A DNA stretch of 64,000 nt from positions 129,049 to 193,048 of the forward strand of contig NMRA01000496.1 of the NCBI GenBank assembly GCA_002633005.1, in the 5' to 3' direction. The number at the start of each line of letters is the position of its first letter. Position 1 is the first letter of the stretch. The position numbers and the translations under genes were made by a program. Below, in pieces: positions 13,601-24,086 of the stretch. Under the pieces are notes generated by a model. The model did no database searches, was not told the origin of the DNA, and saw only the letters and a program-made list of their open reading frames with translations. The stretch is from Phoronis australis. Taxonomy: Eukaryota; Animalia; Phoronida.

Positions 13601-16600
13601 AGAAGACGTGCACTAATTTCGAACCGTTAGTGACCGTCACGAGAAGACTCATTGTACTCGAGGTCGGCCACGGGGGTTTGAGGGGTGGCCTCCCCTAAGA
13701 AACTTTCAGAATTAAGGGTGTTCTAACGTGAATTTTGTTGCATTCCGTTTGACAGCTTGTAACGATTTTTGCATTAAACGTGCAATTAGTAAAAAATTCA
13801 AGATATCCTGGTTTATGACTGACATATCTTTACTTTCTGCTTATCTTAAAAAAATCACGTCCGACAGTCCACACAACTAGTGTCGCAATAGTGTCGCAAT
13901 TTAAATTTGAATAATGATACCTTAATAACAATCTTCAAAAGAAATACTATTCTTGGAATTCTTCAGGCGAAAAAAAACGTAGCCATGGTGACGCTATCGG
14001 GTATTTTCCACAAACAGTGATCTTCAGTTTTGCAAAGCTTTCATTATTCCGTTTCCACTCATTTTCACCATTTCACTCTAGTCATGTGTCAAAATTAACA
14101 CCCAGTGACAACCTCTAGCGATCTACTAAGTCAAACCAACTTCGGACCAAGTTTACAAACTGCGACTCCGTTGACGACTTAAGAGAACGAAAAATCGTCT
14201 CGCAACTCTTGCATACGGTGTCCAATTAGTCGTATATTGCTGTTGGCCTAAACGTAGAACTTATGTTTTGGTGGTCTTGGGTCCTGGCGTATTTGCCGAA
14301 CCTTCGATAAGTTCCCTCTATAACACTCTTTCAAACGCAGCGAAGAAGATTAATATGTTCATTATTTATGGCAATTTGTAAAATGTATGTTTCTCAGAAA
14401 TTGTTTGGGATATGTATGTGTCTGTACTCGTCAGTCACTGCAAGACGCCATTGACGTCTGCACCTTAAATCAAGCATGCTTGATGGGCAGGCTCGAGACG
14501 GAGAACGGTTTGAGGGCAAGCATGCCTGATGGGCAGGCTCGAGAGGCGACGACGGTTGACCATCCTTGTTGTGTACTTACCGGTTACATCAATACAATGA
14601 AAGTTGACAGGTAAGCGCACGGGAACTGACAAATACGTCTAACATAAATTGTACCAAACGACTGACAGTGGATATAAACCAGGGCATATCGCAACTCAAA
14701 TACTGCTCGATTTTCTTTATTGTTCTAGTTAACTACCGAGGATCTATTGGTTTCGGTCAAGACAACATAACATGTTTCTTGGGGAACATGGGCAAGTTCG
14801 ACGTGCCTGATGTTTACGTAAGGCCGCATTTCTATTCACTATCAAAAGTCGCATCTTCTGCAGCACTGTGAAGTCTACTTTTGGCTAATCCTCGACCTGA
14901 GTTGCCAACTAATTCCTTTCGCTGAGAAGTTGAAACTGCCTGAAAGTCGCACGAAAATTGCGTCGATTGCTGTTGATGTTTCTGGAGCTCAGGGTTTGTT
15001 CTACTAACATGTCGTAAGAATAAGACACGTTTTAAAAGAGTCTAAACGAAGACTTACGGACAATTGTAAGTTTTGGCGTAAGTCTCGGTTAAGACTCTTT
15101 GCAACAAGGCTGTAGAGTTACGACATTTTACTGAAACAGGCCACATGGCCATGAAGTATGAAACACGTGACTTAAACCTGACGCTGTAGTGTACGTCTCA
15201 CAGGTCCTTTGACATCCGTTTAATGCCAAGACTGCAATGTGCAGAAATAAACATTGAATCTACTCTCCTGTCCAACAGTCTCGCATCTGCCGTCATGTCA
15301 CGAGTGACGGTTGATTTTCTTAAACGTGACTTGTTTCTGATGTGCCAGAAAACTGATATTGTGCATATCTTTTTGATATATACATGTCCTTATTTCTGAG
15401 TCAAAACTGAGATAAACCGGTGCATGGTTTAGTTTTACGACTATTGATCTGTCGTTTGAACTTGATAAATATTCAGATGTTCGAGTTTTACGACATATTT
15501 AGTAGATGTCTGCAATTAGTGGTATGCAACTGTTCGATCAAGCTGCCAAACAAAAATTCACGACTAAAATTTTGTGCAGAGCAGAAACACCGTCAGCTTT
15601 TGGTTTCTTACCATCCCCATGTTGACATTTGCATTAAAGCATTCTCACAGAACGAGAGATAACTCTCGAAGTTTTTTTGTTCTTGTACTGTATGTAAGTT
15701 TATGCATGTTCCCATACATTCTACAGCCCTATCATTATTCAAATGTTATTCATATCAGGAGAGGAGAACGCATGAATAATATACCTTCAATCTTACTATA
15801 TAGCTTTGTTTATGTAGTGAAGACTTAAACGAGACGTATTAATTACTTTGGTGTTTCTCGTGGCTCTATGCTTTTAACAAAGATGCAAGTTTGATGCTTA
15901 AATTGAGAATAGTCAGATTAGGTCTTGTATAACGTCGTCTTTCAACGGTGGATCCAGCGTTAGGAGAATTGAAATTAAACTTTTGTAACGCCGTCTTACA
16001 AGGGAGGAACCAGGGAATTGACTATTACTGTTTAAAAAATGGTCTCATTGACTTGGTTATAGTTAGATGATTTTTGTCGTGTCCGTTCCTTATTGCTCGA
16101 TACTATCTACTCCGTGACGAGTCAACCTGGACTATCCGCTCTTTCCAAGTCCAGCTAGAAATTACACTTGCTTTGACTAAGGAACGGTTGAGACCAATTT
16201 AATCTTACGGTAAGTGGTCATAATAAAACAGTTGTTTTCGCGGAAAGTGTGTTAAACAGCCGCGCGTTAAGAATTTTCTTTAAACTGAGTTCATGTTGCA
16301 TATTATCAACAAAGGGTCACGTGCGTTCGTCATTTTTTCTTTTCAGAACGCTGCAAAGCACCTGATTGACACCGGAATCGTCGACAGAAACCGCGTGTGT
16401 TTGATGGGAGGCTCGTATGGAGGCACAATTGGCGCATTCATGATCTCCAAATATCCGGTAATGCGTGAACTCGAACAAACACAGACATGCGTGAACTCAA
16501 ACAAACACAGGCATAACTTTCCAGTTTGATAAGAGTTTGATATCCAAGAATGGTGCCACAACAGTTCATCATTGAGTTTACCTGTGCCCTCAGATTTACG

Positions 16601-19600
16601 TCGTGGCCATCTGCGTTATCATATTACTGACCGACATTGTCTTACGTTACATTTTTTCTTTCAGAACTTTGCCAAAGCTGCTGCATTCAGAAACGCAGTG
16701 TACAACCTTGCCGGTAAGTTTACTATTTACACTGCAGTTGTGGCTGCTGCTTCCGCCGCCGCCGCTGCCGCCGTCGCCGCTGTTGCTGAGCAGTTGCAAG
16801 TTCAATTCGTTTGTGTGAGAGAAAAGTGGCCTTTCTTAATATACAGATGGATATNGTCACTTCCGCAGTAGCGGACGAGTAATTAATAAAATTACGAAAA
16901 GCTGTAATTAAGTGGAAAATATGTCTAGGATAACCAACCCACCTTATTTTAGCTCAAAATGACATGGAAAACGGTTGCCTTCGCCTTTAATATACAGATG
17001 GATATGCGTGGGCAAAAATGTACTAAAATTCATGATTCAAAATAAAATCGGAAATGACAGTAAACAATTCTTAGAACTAACGGAACAATAAGAAGAAATT
17101 AACTTTGTTTCTGTCATATATGGTAATAGTCATCCGCCTCTGACAACCGTTCGGTGAATGACCACTACGTCATTCTGTTTACTATAGAGATAATCAGAAC
17201 GCATGTGGGTAACCGAAAGTGAATTGAATTACTCCTAACTGAAATCCAAAACAAGTTAGCATAGACCTTCCGGAAACAAGTTAGCAAGGTAACGATACCG
17301 TAATATGATAATCTCACTATAATTAGTAAAAGTATATCGTGGATTTTATGACAGTTTTGTTGGTAAACAACCACACACCTGTAAAAACCGAATCTGACAA
17401 ATTCGTGTCAACAATTCTGGATATTTTTTTCAGCTGGCATCTCTGGCTCCGATATGACAGACTGGTAAGTATGTATTAGTCTAATAACATGGAGGTATTG
17501 CATCGATGAAGTAATGCCTTGAAATGTCTAACATCTTTTGTAAAAATTGCCTTTTGTGCTTTGGAAACTTATGTGCCGGCGACTTCGTGTTTGATGTCTT
17601 TACTTTTACGGTATATTTAGTAAGAAACGCATTCCATATTTCTGAGTTATCCTTCTACAAACAACGGGGATCGCTGTCATCAGCATAATGTTTTTAAACA
17701 ATGTCAAAAGTGTTTCATGGCAGATATCTCTGTTGTTTAAGAGTAAGTCAACAGTCTAGCACACAGTTCTCTCGACCATAGAATATTCCCCCGTGCTGAT
17801 TTGTTGAAGAAAAAAATAATTGACAAAAGCATCCATAATCGAGTTGTCGGATAATGGAAGAACATAGATTTGCCACACTTTGTCGAAGTCCTCTCACGTT
17901 ACACAGCTAAGCGTTTTAGGAATCACCAAAAGGTTTAACTAAAGAAAATTCCGCGAAGGCTGCTAGTAACTACTTTCTATTTTTGGTGTAAACACAGTTA
18001 AACTTAACTCTACACGAATCGCACTACACAGCTCGACTACTGAGCTCCTTTCGTCACGCTTTGACATTATTTGAATTATTTAAGAGTTATACGAACTCTT
18101 CATTGAATCGACAACGAAGCGAGGTCTTACCTCGCTGACAGAATTATTGCCACAAAGAAAAAACGTTGGGATACATGCATGTTCAGAGGACACGCAGTAA
18201 CTAATTTTGATCTTCAATTATAAGAAGAGTCTAACTGAAAATAATCCGTAACATACCGGCCCCAAATGCGGAATTAAGTACATAAGTATTTCCAATACTA
18301 ATTGGTCTCACCCAAACTCGCTGTTTTCAGGCGAACTGTTCTTAATAGACTATGTTTACCAAGGAAAGCTTCCACTACTCGACCCAGATTCCACTATGAG
18401 ATACGGGCTGGTTACTTTCCCTGAGGGGAGACTCGGTTCACTAAGGTTCTCAGTGCCCGGCACAGAATCACAGTCCGACAAACGGGTTGCCAGAACTTTT
18501 TACGCAGGCTCAGCGGCGTCAACCTCTGCTTCGAGTGACGGCCTACAGATTTTTTGCCCAAAGCTCTAATTATCGATCATGGAATCGCTTCTTGGCCTCT
18601 AGAGCGACTTTTTTGGCCTCTATCTTTATCAGCGCATTAGAAATGTTCCAGCTTCTACAGCTAGCTTGCGAGCCAGCTGCGTGCGAAACACTATCAGGAA
18701 TCTCGTCCTCAACATTTTAAGCGTCGCATTTACGCACACTCACAAATTTGTCATCCCGTTCATCATTGAGATGCAGTCACATAAATGAACACATAATCAC
18801 AGTTTAGTATCATCAGTTCCAAAACATGACAAAGCAAAGACTGACTAATAAAACACAACAACTGTCAAAACTACAAAGTTAGCAACAACGTACCCAGATA
18901 TTTAGCAGCTCAGTTACGAAAATATAGAAATATTCAAGTTGTAAAGAACTTACATGGCGTATCTCGGTAACAGCACTGCACGTCTATTCCTGTAAAAAGA
19001 CGCGGTAAAAACACCATAATCCCAGTCACACGGTCAACAGGCGCTAAAAACACAGCGCTCCCAGCGGCAATCGTTAACACTTACACAGTCAGCAGTCACA
19101 TAACTGAAAAGCTTTGGTAATAGTTACAAAACGTGCACTTGTTCCTGGGATTGAGAAGAACTCGCATATCATTTTTGCTTCAGGTCACGTTCACCGCACA
19201 AATTGACACGCCGCCATGCCAAGTCAAAGTATTGAGCCTTGACTGGCACTCCATCTTAAAGCCGATCTTTCTAACCTGGCAAAGACCACTTTGTGATAAT
19301 TTTTGTAACGGTCAATGTTCTACTTCAAAGTTNGTTCAACCCATGACGTTGTACATAATTATTATTTTTTTCAATTTTTGTGTGCTTCTTTATGAGCTGT
19401 GCACTAAAGGCACTGAAATCATGTAAGATATAATAATAAAATTTATTTTGAGGTACTAGAGTCATGTTGTGTACACTTTAAAGCCGATCTTTCTAACCTG
19501 GCAAAGACCACTTTGTGATAATTTTTGTAACGGTCAATGTTCTACTTCAAAGTTACACTGTTTTTGTTGGAGACGGCTATATAGCTCCATATTCATGACT

Positions 19601-22600
19601 CAAAAAACACTTTCTTTCATTTTAGTTATGAGGCGCTGCTGCATGTCTCTAATTGGCTGCTTTCTACTCTGTATTCACCATGCCTTTATGCCTTGTTTCC
19701 GGTCAAAACTGGCCAGCTTAACACAACCATTCGATTATTCCAAGTTTACAGAACTCCTGGCATATGGTTTTCATTTGTTTTCGTTTTTGACTTTTTAGGT
19801 TCTATTTAGAAAATGGTTTGCCATACGAAATAGGTCATGTTGCAACAGATGAAGAAATCGCATTATTTTACAAGAAATCCCCGATTAGGGACGCAAGCAA
19901 GGTAGAGTAAAATTAACTGTGAACTTATGAGACAATTTCCACTAATCGTGTGACTACGGATTGTTAAGTTTGGATGTTTTGCTTCTTTTACACTTGCTTA
20001 ACTTGTTGAGTTTCGTGTTAAAGGGAATGCTGTAAAATCCGTCGGGTATGTTCGGTAACGTTACACTACAAAACCATTTTGTGAGATTAAAGTTAAGACT
20101 GAACTGCATTTCTCTGGCCAGATTTTATTTAAAAAGTGGAAAGAACAATTACGTCTCATAAAAACTATTTCACCAACCTAACAACAACCATGGTTGAGTT
20201 ATACCATTGTAGTTAGTAGGAGCAACACGTTTTTTAGTAAATATTCACTGATGATATCTCATCCTTTTAAAATTGGTTATTTTCATTTCTAGGTCAGAAC
20301 CTACAAAATTTGACACTGCACTCCAATAGCCAATTTTATTTTGTTTTTGAAAGGTACATGTATATTCACACAATTTTAACCCAGATTTCCTTTTTCTGTG
20401 AACAGAATAAGACTACGAAACCGCAGATTTAATAAATTAATTGACACGAACCATTTTACACATTCTTATGTCATAATCTTGATTCAGATTACCCATTCTA
20501 ATATTGTCCATCAAGCCATGCCTATGAAGTTTGGCTTCGGCGTTTCCACCGGGTTGACCCCCAAGACAGTTGATTGGTTCTCGATGTCAACTTCCTGTTT
20601 ACAGACCAATTTGATGTCTTAGCCGGTTGACCCGGCTGAACCGACGAAGTCAATCAAGTGCAGCTAGGGTCTCTTGTATTTTAAATTTTGAAATAACATC
20701 CTACTTTTCTTCATACAGTAAGAGATCTCTTCTACCATGCAAGAAGTAAATTTTTCTACTTCCTTTTATTGTGCTCTCAATATTAAGCATGTTTATTTCA
20801 TCCAGATTAACCGAACTTTATATTCCATCTGCAGTACAATACTTTTTGGGACCATGGCAAATTATTTTCCGGATGTAATCCTCATTGGCCCATTCCTAGT
20901 GCTTAGTTTTGTCTGAAAGGCACTTCAATCTGTTAAAAGAATTAGGTCTACTAATTCAGTCAATAAGTATTACCGTCTCGCCGGCGTACTGCAACATTTT
21001 GTGAACTTAAGTCGAACCTTTTTGGATTTTGACAAAATAGTATGGTTAAAACCTCTGAACAAAGGACGGATACTTAAGCGAAACATTGCCCCTCTTTGTG
21101 GCAGCCTCGTCCAACCTCTAAGTAGACTGATGTAATACGCTATTGCAGTATATATAACGGTCTCCGTATCCCTGCATTTATTAGTCAAATCTTGTCAACA
21201 AACGGTCGTCCAAAATTTAAAATAAGTGTTAGTGTTGCATGACTCGTGTCATGGCGAGGAACGTTCGAGGATCGTTTTGAGACCCGTTTGTTAAAATTAA
21301 CTTGCACTTTCAACATTTTCATCCATAGGCTACGCTGTGAGCTGGGAGATATGCCCCTCTAAAGCGCATTAAGTAGTGTAATTCTACAGTGCTACGTGAG
21401 CATATATTTATTGGACAATTCATAATTAAATATTTGAAAGTGATGTCTTCAAGCAAACGAAATTTGACATGGATATTCGTCACCCAGCAATGCTACTTAG
21501 ATATCGCCTATGAACTCTATACCTACAGGTGACGACTCCCGTATTACTGTTGGTCGGAGCAGATGAGCAGCGCGTGCCTCCCACACAGGCGCAAGAGTAT
21601 TACAAAGCACTCAAAGCCAACAAGTGCAAAACAAAGTAAGAATTCTATTCGCTGCATGTATGTTGCGATTACGGTGAATCGAATACTTGTCTGGCTATGA
21701 ACTAAGTACCTCTGCAAGACGATTAGGATGAAGAATTCTTACTAATTAACTTAACGCTCCCGTTTTTACTTATTACTACGTCAAGGGACATTGCACTACT
21801 TTCGGCCGGGTATGGCACTACTTTCGGCCGGGTATGGCGCTACAAAGAATCACCCTCCACGCTGTCACCACGACATGATTCCACCCTCTAAGAAAGAGAT
21901 AACAGTTTTAGCACGATCTAAAGGACCAAATTGGTTGGGAGGTTCCACGTGTATGACAAAGTCTCCCTAATGTAGGGAATTGTTCTGGCAACGTAATCCT
22001 TTTGCAAGGCTTTTTGTCCCCGGCGTAAGGCATCATTATCAATCCTTTGGATTACAGTCATTTAACCTAACAAACCCAATTGAAATATGACACATTTCAT
22101 GAAATTGTGTTGATCCTAACACAGAAGCTAGGCACTTATGACAAGGAGTGTAGAAGTGTAGGAGAGTTCACTCCGTCATCTTGCCATTCGCCACAATGGT
22201 TATCAGTCAAAAACTAACGTCATAAGCGGCAAATAAGCAACACTAATGTAGCGGCGCAGTCCGAACCATGTAAACACTGATAAATTCATACTTTAATGAC
22301 GTTCGACGTGCAATTAAATTACTGTGTGATTGGAAATGGTTAAAATACGTAAACTGGCATCCACGTATAACAGAATCAGAATGAAAATGTGTGTTTTAAT
22401 CAATATTAAAGTGTATTTATTTTATTCTCTTGAAGCTCCCTTGAAAAGCCGTCATGGTTTTGTTTCATGTTTGAGTTTTTAAGAAGGCAAATTATCGTTC
22501 ATTACAGCAGTTCATACCTCCATGGACTATATAATTTGAATGATTGCTCCTGGGGGCTCAGAGGGGAGTTGGCCCCAGGTGCTACCAAAGGGGGTACCAG

Positions 22601-24072
22601 GCAAAAACCAGTTGGGTGCCAAATGGGTGTTGACCCCCTCCCAGGGGGGTTATATGGGAGGAGTGCTAAACAGGTAAAAACCAATGGGTATGCCACATGA
22701 GTGTTAAGCCCTCCCGTCGTCACAAATTTTGGTTGCTCCGCTGACCATTGACAACATGTTGCTCCGAGCTCACTGCTGGTTTCATCTCCACCCAGCAATT
22801 CCGCATGTGTTCCCTATTCAATGCACCAGGATACTAGCAATGTGGACAATGATTTTGTGCAGTGGATGTTACACAAATAACAACAAGAAAGCAAGGCAAT
22901 TCATCACTACCACAAAATTGTAATCCATTCTGATGCTCTCTCACATATAATTTTAGAACATTCTATTACTTCTTAGACATGCCAGTACAGGGTAAACTAC
23001 CCAATCTCCCACTATAATCACCGATAGTTACAAGTCACTTACTAATCTGTAGAATGGCTGACAACTAACAAAACGTAGTAACATTGAGTATATCATCAAT
23101 CATAACTAGTCAAAGTTCAAAATGTCATGATAAAAAATTTTAAGAGGTACTGAATAGCAATCAAAATATTCACTACCCACCCATCTTCATACAAAACTGA
23201 ATTAAAGGACTTGGATGATAAGACCAAAATTTAATTCTATACACCCACTGTTCGTATTATCAGCGATGTAATCCACAGATACTACAGGTGCAGTTTCTCA
23301 ACCGAGAGTGGTTTTGCAGTGACCAAGTTCCGTAAATGTCATTCTGTCCAAGTAACCTGTTCAGTTCTAATAAATATGGTTAGTGGCCGAGACGTCCGCA
23401 AACTCCAGTTCAAGCTTCGAAGAAACGGGAAATAACAGTAATACAACAGCGGTTCAGTCGGTCAAAGACAAAATGTTTGTATTTTGCAACAGGCGCACAG
23501 AGTCGCAAATCCTACTTGAACAATTGTTAATACGTTTTTTAGAGAATCGACTAAAAAGATTCAAAATATATATTCCAAAAGTATCAATTACGACTTGAAA
23601 AAGTTAATTCAAGCTAACTAAGCTACACCTAATTAGGCCATGACGAAACTAAGTCCTCATTTTGCAGCTACAGGAGCTCCTCGAAACTTCAGTCGGTGGG
23701 CCGGGTAATGTAGGCAAACTGGGCCTTTATTTGTCTCGGTTCTCCTAATGCATGGCCAGGGGCCCCTAGAGAGAAACATTAATTCTGTTCTCGAATTGAG
23801 TTGGAAAGGAACTTGTTCTGAGTTTATCTGGCATGAAAAGCAACACTCGTATAACGAAATACACCAGCAATGTAAATATAAGTACCCTGACTGCCCCGAT
23901 AAACCGTCCGTTGACTCTTCGTGATGTCTAAAGAGTTACACATAGCGTCCGTCAATTTTGTTTTCTTTACAGAATGTTACTTTTCAAGGACGCTCATCCC
24001 CTGTCCAAGATGGAGACTAAAGCCGATTTATTCATGAATGTCTTTAACTGGTACAAAGAGCACATCAAATAA
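1513..24072 (+). CDS. APEH: Acylamino-acid-releasing enzyme (acylpeptide hydrolase, S9C) homolog; 3' 15 exons, 5' end outside window
   Basis: 15 GT-AG exons with consistent phases (1328 nt, about 441 aa plus stop): beta-propeller end, then HGGP, VNYRGSIGFGQ, GGSYGG nucleophile, SPI, GADEQRVP and AHPLS motifs collinear with APEH. Confidence 0.93.
1790..2325. mobile_element. Degenerate MITE-like element with ~70-bp imperfect inverted ends
   Basis: cttgcga...caagatctcgcaagacc..gcaaaa...agtgaaaggcga mirrored by tcgcctttcact..ttttgcaaggtcgtgcaagatcttg...tcgcaag; boundaries approximate. Confidence 0.5.
2687..2744 (+). CDS. APEH: APEH-like exon (HNFRTGKTSIVIDIIHKTR)
   Basis: Polypyrimidine-tacag acceptor, gtaagt donor, phase 0 to 1. 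Confidence 0.8.
3095..3162. mobile_element. 68-bp MITE with 5-bp TSD (TAAAA)
   Basis: CATG...CGCCCATG termini with TAAAA on both sides; inverted related copy near 53446-53513. Confidence 0.6.
5020..5126 (+). CDS. APEH: APEH-like exon (SDDFQGLFASWPLPERCWAVDNRRFVFHSSWRSKR)
   Basis: ttttcag acceptor, gtacga donor, phase 1 to 0; matches FxG...LP..CWxxD.xR.VF.S...S. Confidence 0.85.
7059..7110 (+). CDS. APEH: APEH-like exon (ELYVVNTEDKKVSRITN)
   Basis: tttcag / gttagt, phase 0 to 1. Confidence 0.82.
7769..7857 (+). CDS. APEH: APEH-like exon (PRIGAWHLADVYYDIVLATYSSPNIPHRL)
   Basis: cttcag / gtacgt, phase 1 to 0; GxW...D...A..S.P..P pattern. Confidence 0.87.
8024..8210. mobile_element. Small MITE-like inverted repeat
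   Basis: tggtcttgcgctacccacaatta versus taattgtggggcataagacca. Confidence 0.4.
8834..8975 (+). CDS. APEH: APEH-like exon (VFGLLPPDGKESTIVWHTVD...EISWRIIKHQVLPEHVDDRY)
   Basis: ccag / gtgagt, phase 0 to 1; LP..GKE..I.W pattern. Confidence 0.87.
9420..9550. mobile_element. 131-bp MITE with perfect 23-bp TIR
   Basis: ttaccactgagctactgaggacc (9420-9442) and ggtcctcagtagctcagtggtaa (9528-9550). Confidence 0.7.
9551..11855 (-). mobile_element. Degenerate Kolobok-type DNA transposon in an APEH intron
   Basis: Right end ...GGTTGCATTCTCCT|TTAA; diverged left TIR AGGGGAAAGCAGCTTTTTCATGTCAT; 11470-11665 encodes SERTLERAIP...SSPAAILSSGSEYRPSS, homologous to the transposase piece at about 49445-49640. 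Confidence 0.7.
12199..12285 (+). CDS. APEH: APEH-like exon (HLDYESILLEPAGALRHGRPLPLVLYPH)
   Basis: tttcag / gtaaga, phase 1 to 1. Confidence 0.92.
12770..12850 (+). CDS. APEH: APEH-like exon (GPHMVFPAHFVVFMSALCRCGFAVQL)
   Basis: ttttcag / gtaagt, phase 1 to 1; completes the HGGP oxyanion motif. Confidence 0.92.
14729..14817 (+). CDS. APEH: APEH-like exon (NYRGSIGFGQDNITCFLGNMGKFDVPDVY)
   Basis: ttctag / gtaagg, phase 1 to 0; NYRGS.GFG S9 motif. Confidence 0.94.
16347..16457 (+). CDS. APEH: APEH-like exon with catalytic Ser (GGSYGG; TCG at 16413-16415)
   Basis: tttcag / gtaatg, phase 0 to 0; NAAKHLIDTGIVDRNRVCLMGGSYGGTIGAFMISKYP. Confidence 0.94.
16665..16713 (+). CDS. APEH: APEH-like exon (NFAKAAAFRNAVYNLA)
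   Basis: tttcag / gtaagt, phase 0 to 1. Confidence 0.9.
16856..16990. mobile_element. Terminal inverted repeat of the 48612-50308 Kolobok family, next to an assembly N
   Basis: Near-identical to about 50178-50312, ending CCTTCGCCT|TTAA. Confidence 0.88.
17434..17464 (+). CDS. APEH: APEH-like small exon (GISGSDMTDW)
   Basis: tttttcag / gtaagt, phase 1 to 2; corresponds to the S/TDIPDW motif. Confidence 0.87.
19334..19481. mobile_element. Terminus of another TTAA-specific (Kolobok-like) element, next to an assembly N
   Basis: Ends GTGTACACT|TTAA; the 77-bp flank starting at TTAA occurs twice (19256-19332 and 19478-19554). Confidence 0.55.
19799..19901 (+). CDS. APEH: APEH-like exon (FYLENGLPYEIGHVATDEEIALFYKKSPIRDASK)
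   Basis: tttttag / gtagag, phase 2 to 0; KSPI motif. Confidence 0.9.
21529..21635 (+). CDS. APEH: APEH-like exon with catalytic-acid loop (VTTPVLLLVGADEQRVPPTQAQEYYKALKANKCKTK)
   Basis: ctacag / gtaaga, phase 0 to 2. Confidence 0.93.
22142..22956 (+). mobile_element. Truncated copy of the CAAGGAGTGTA-terminated DNA element (empty-site paralog)
   Basis: Reverse-complement homology to about 47920-48611 plus 50313-50553, with a single TTAA near 22406 where the other copy carries a Kolobok. Confidence 0.8.
23973..24072 (+). CDS. APEH: APEH-like last coding exon with catalytic His (MLLFKDAHPLSKMETKADLFMNVFNWYKEHIK*)
   Basis: tttacag acceptor, phase 2, TAA at 24070-24072; CAT at 23995-23997. Confidence 0.93.
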
Positions 24073-24073
24073 A
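24068..24073 (+). promoter_or_regulatory. Candidate AATAAA polyadenylation signal overlapping the APEH stop codon
   Basis: ATC AAA TAA ATG contains AATAAA; another candidate at 25950-25955. Confidence 0.35.
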
Positions 24074-24086
24074 TGGACATTCTTAA

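Noticed and set aside
14470-14560. Short local duplication (others at 16461-16512, 21793-21836 and 62510-62570)
   Set aside because: Ordinary two-copy slippage duplications with no further structure.
16572-16871. Poly-Ala ORF
   Set aside because: It is an APEH exon plus an intronic GCC/GCT microsatellite beyond the gtaagt donor.
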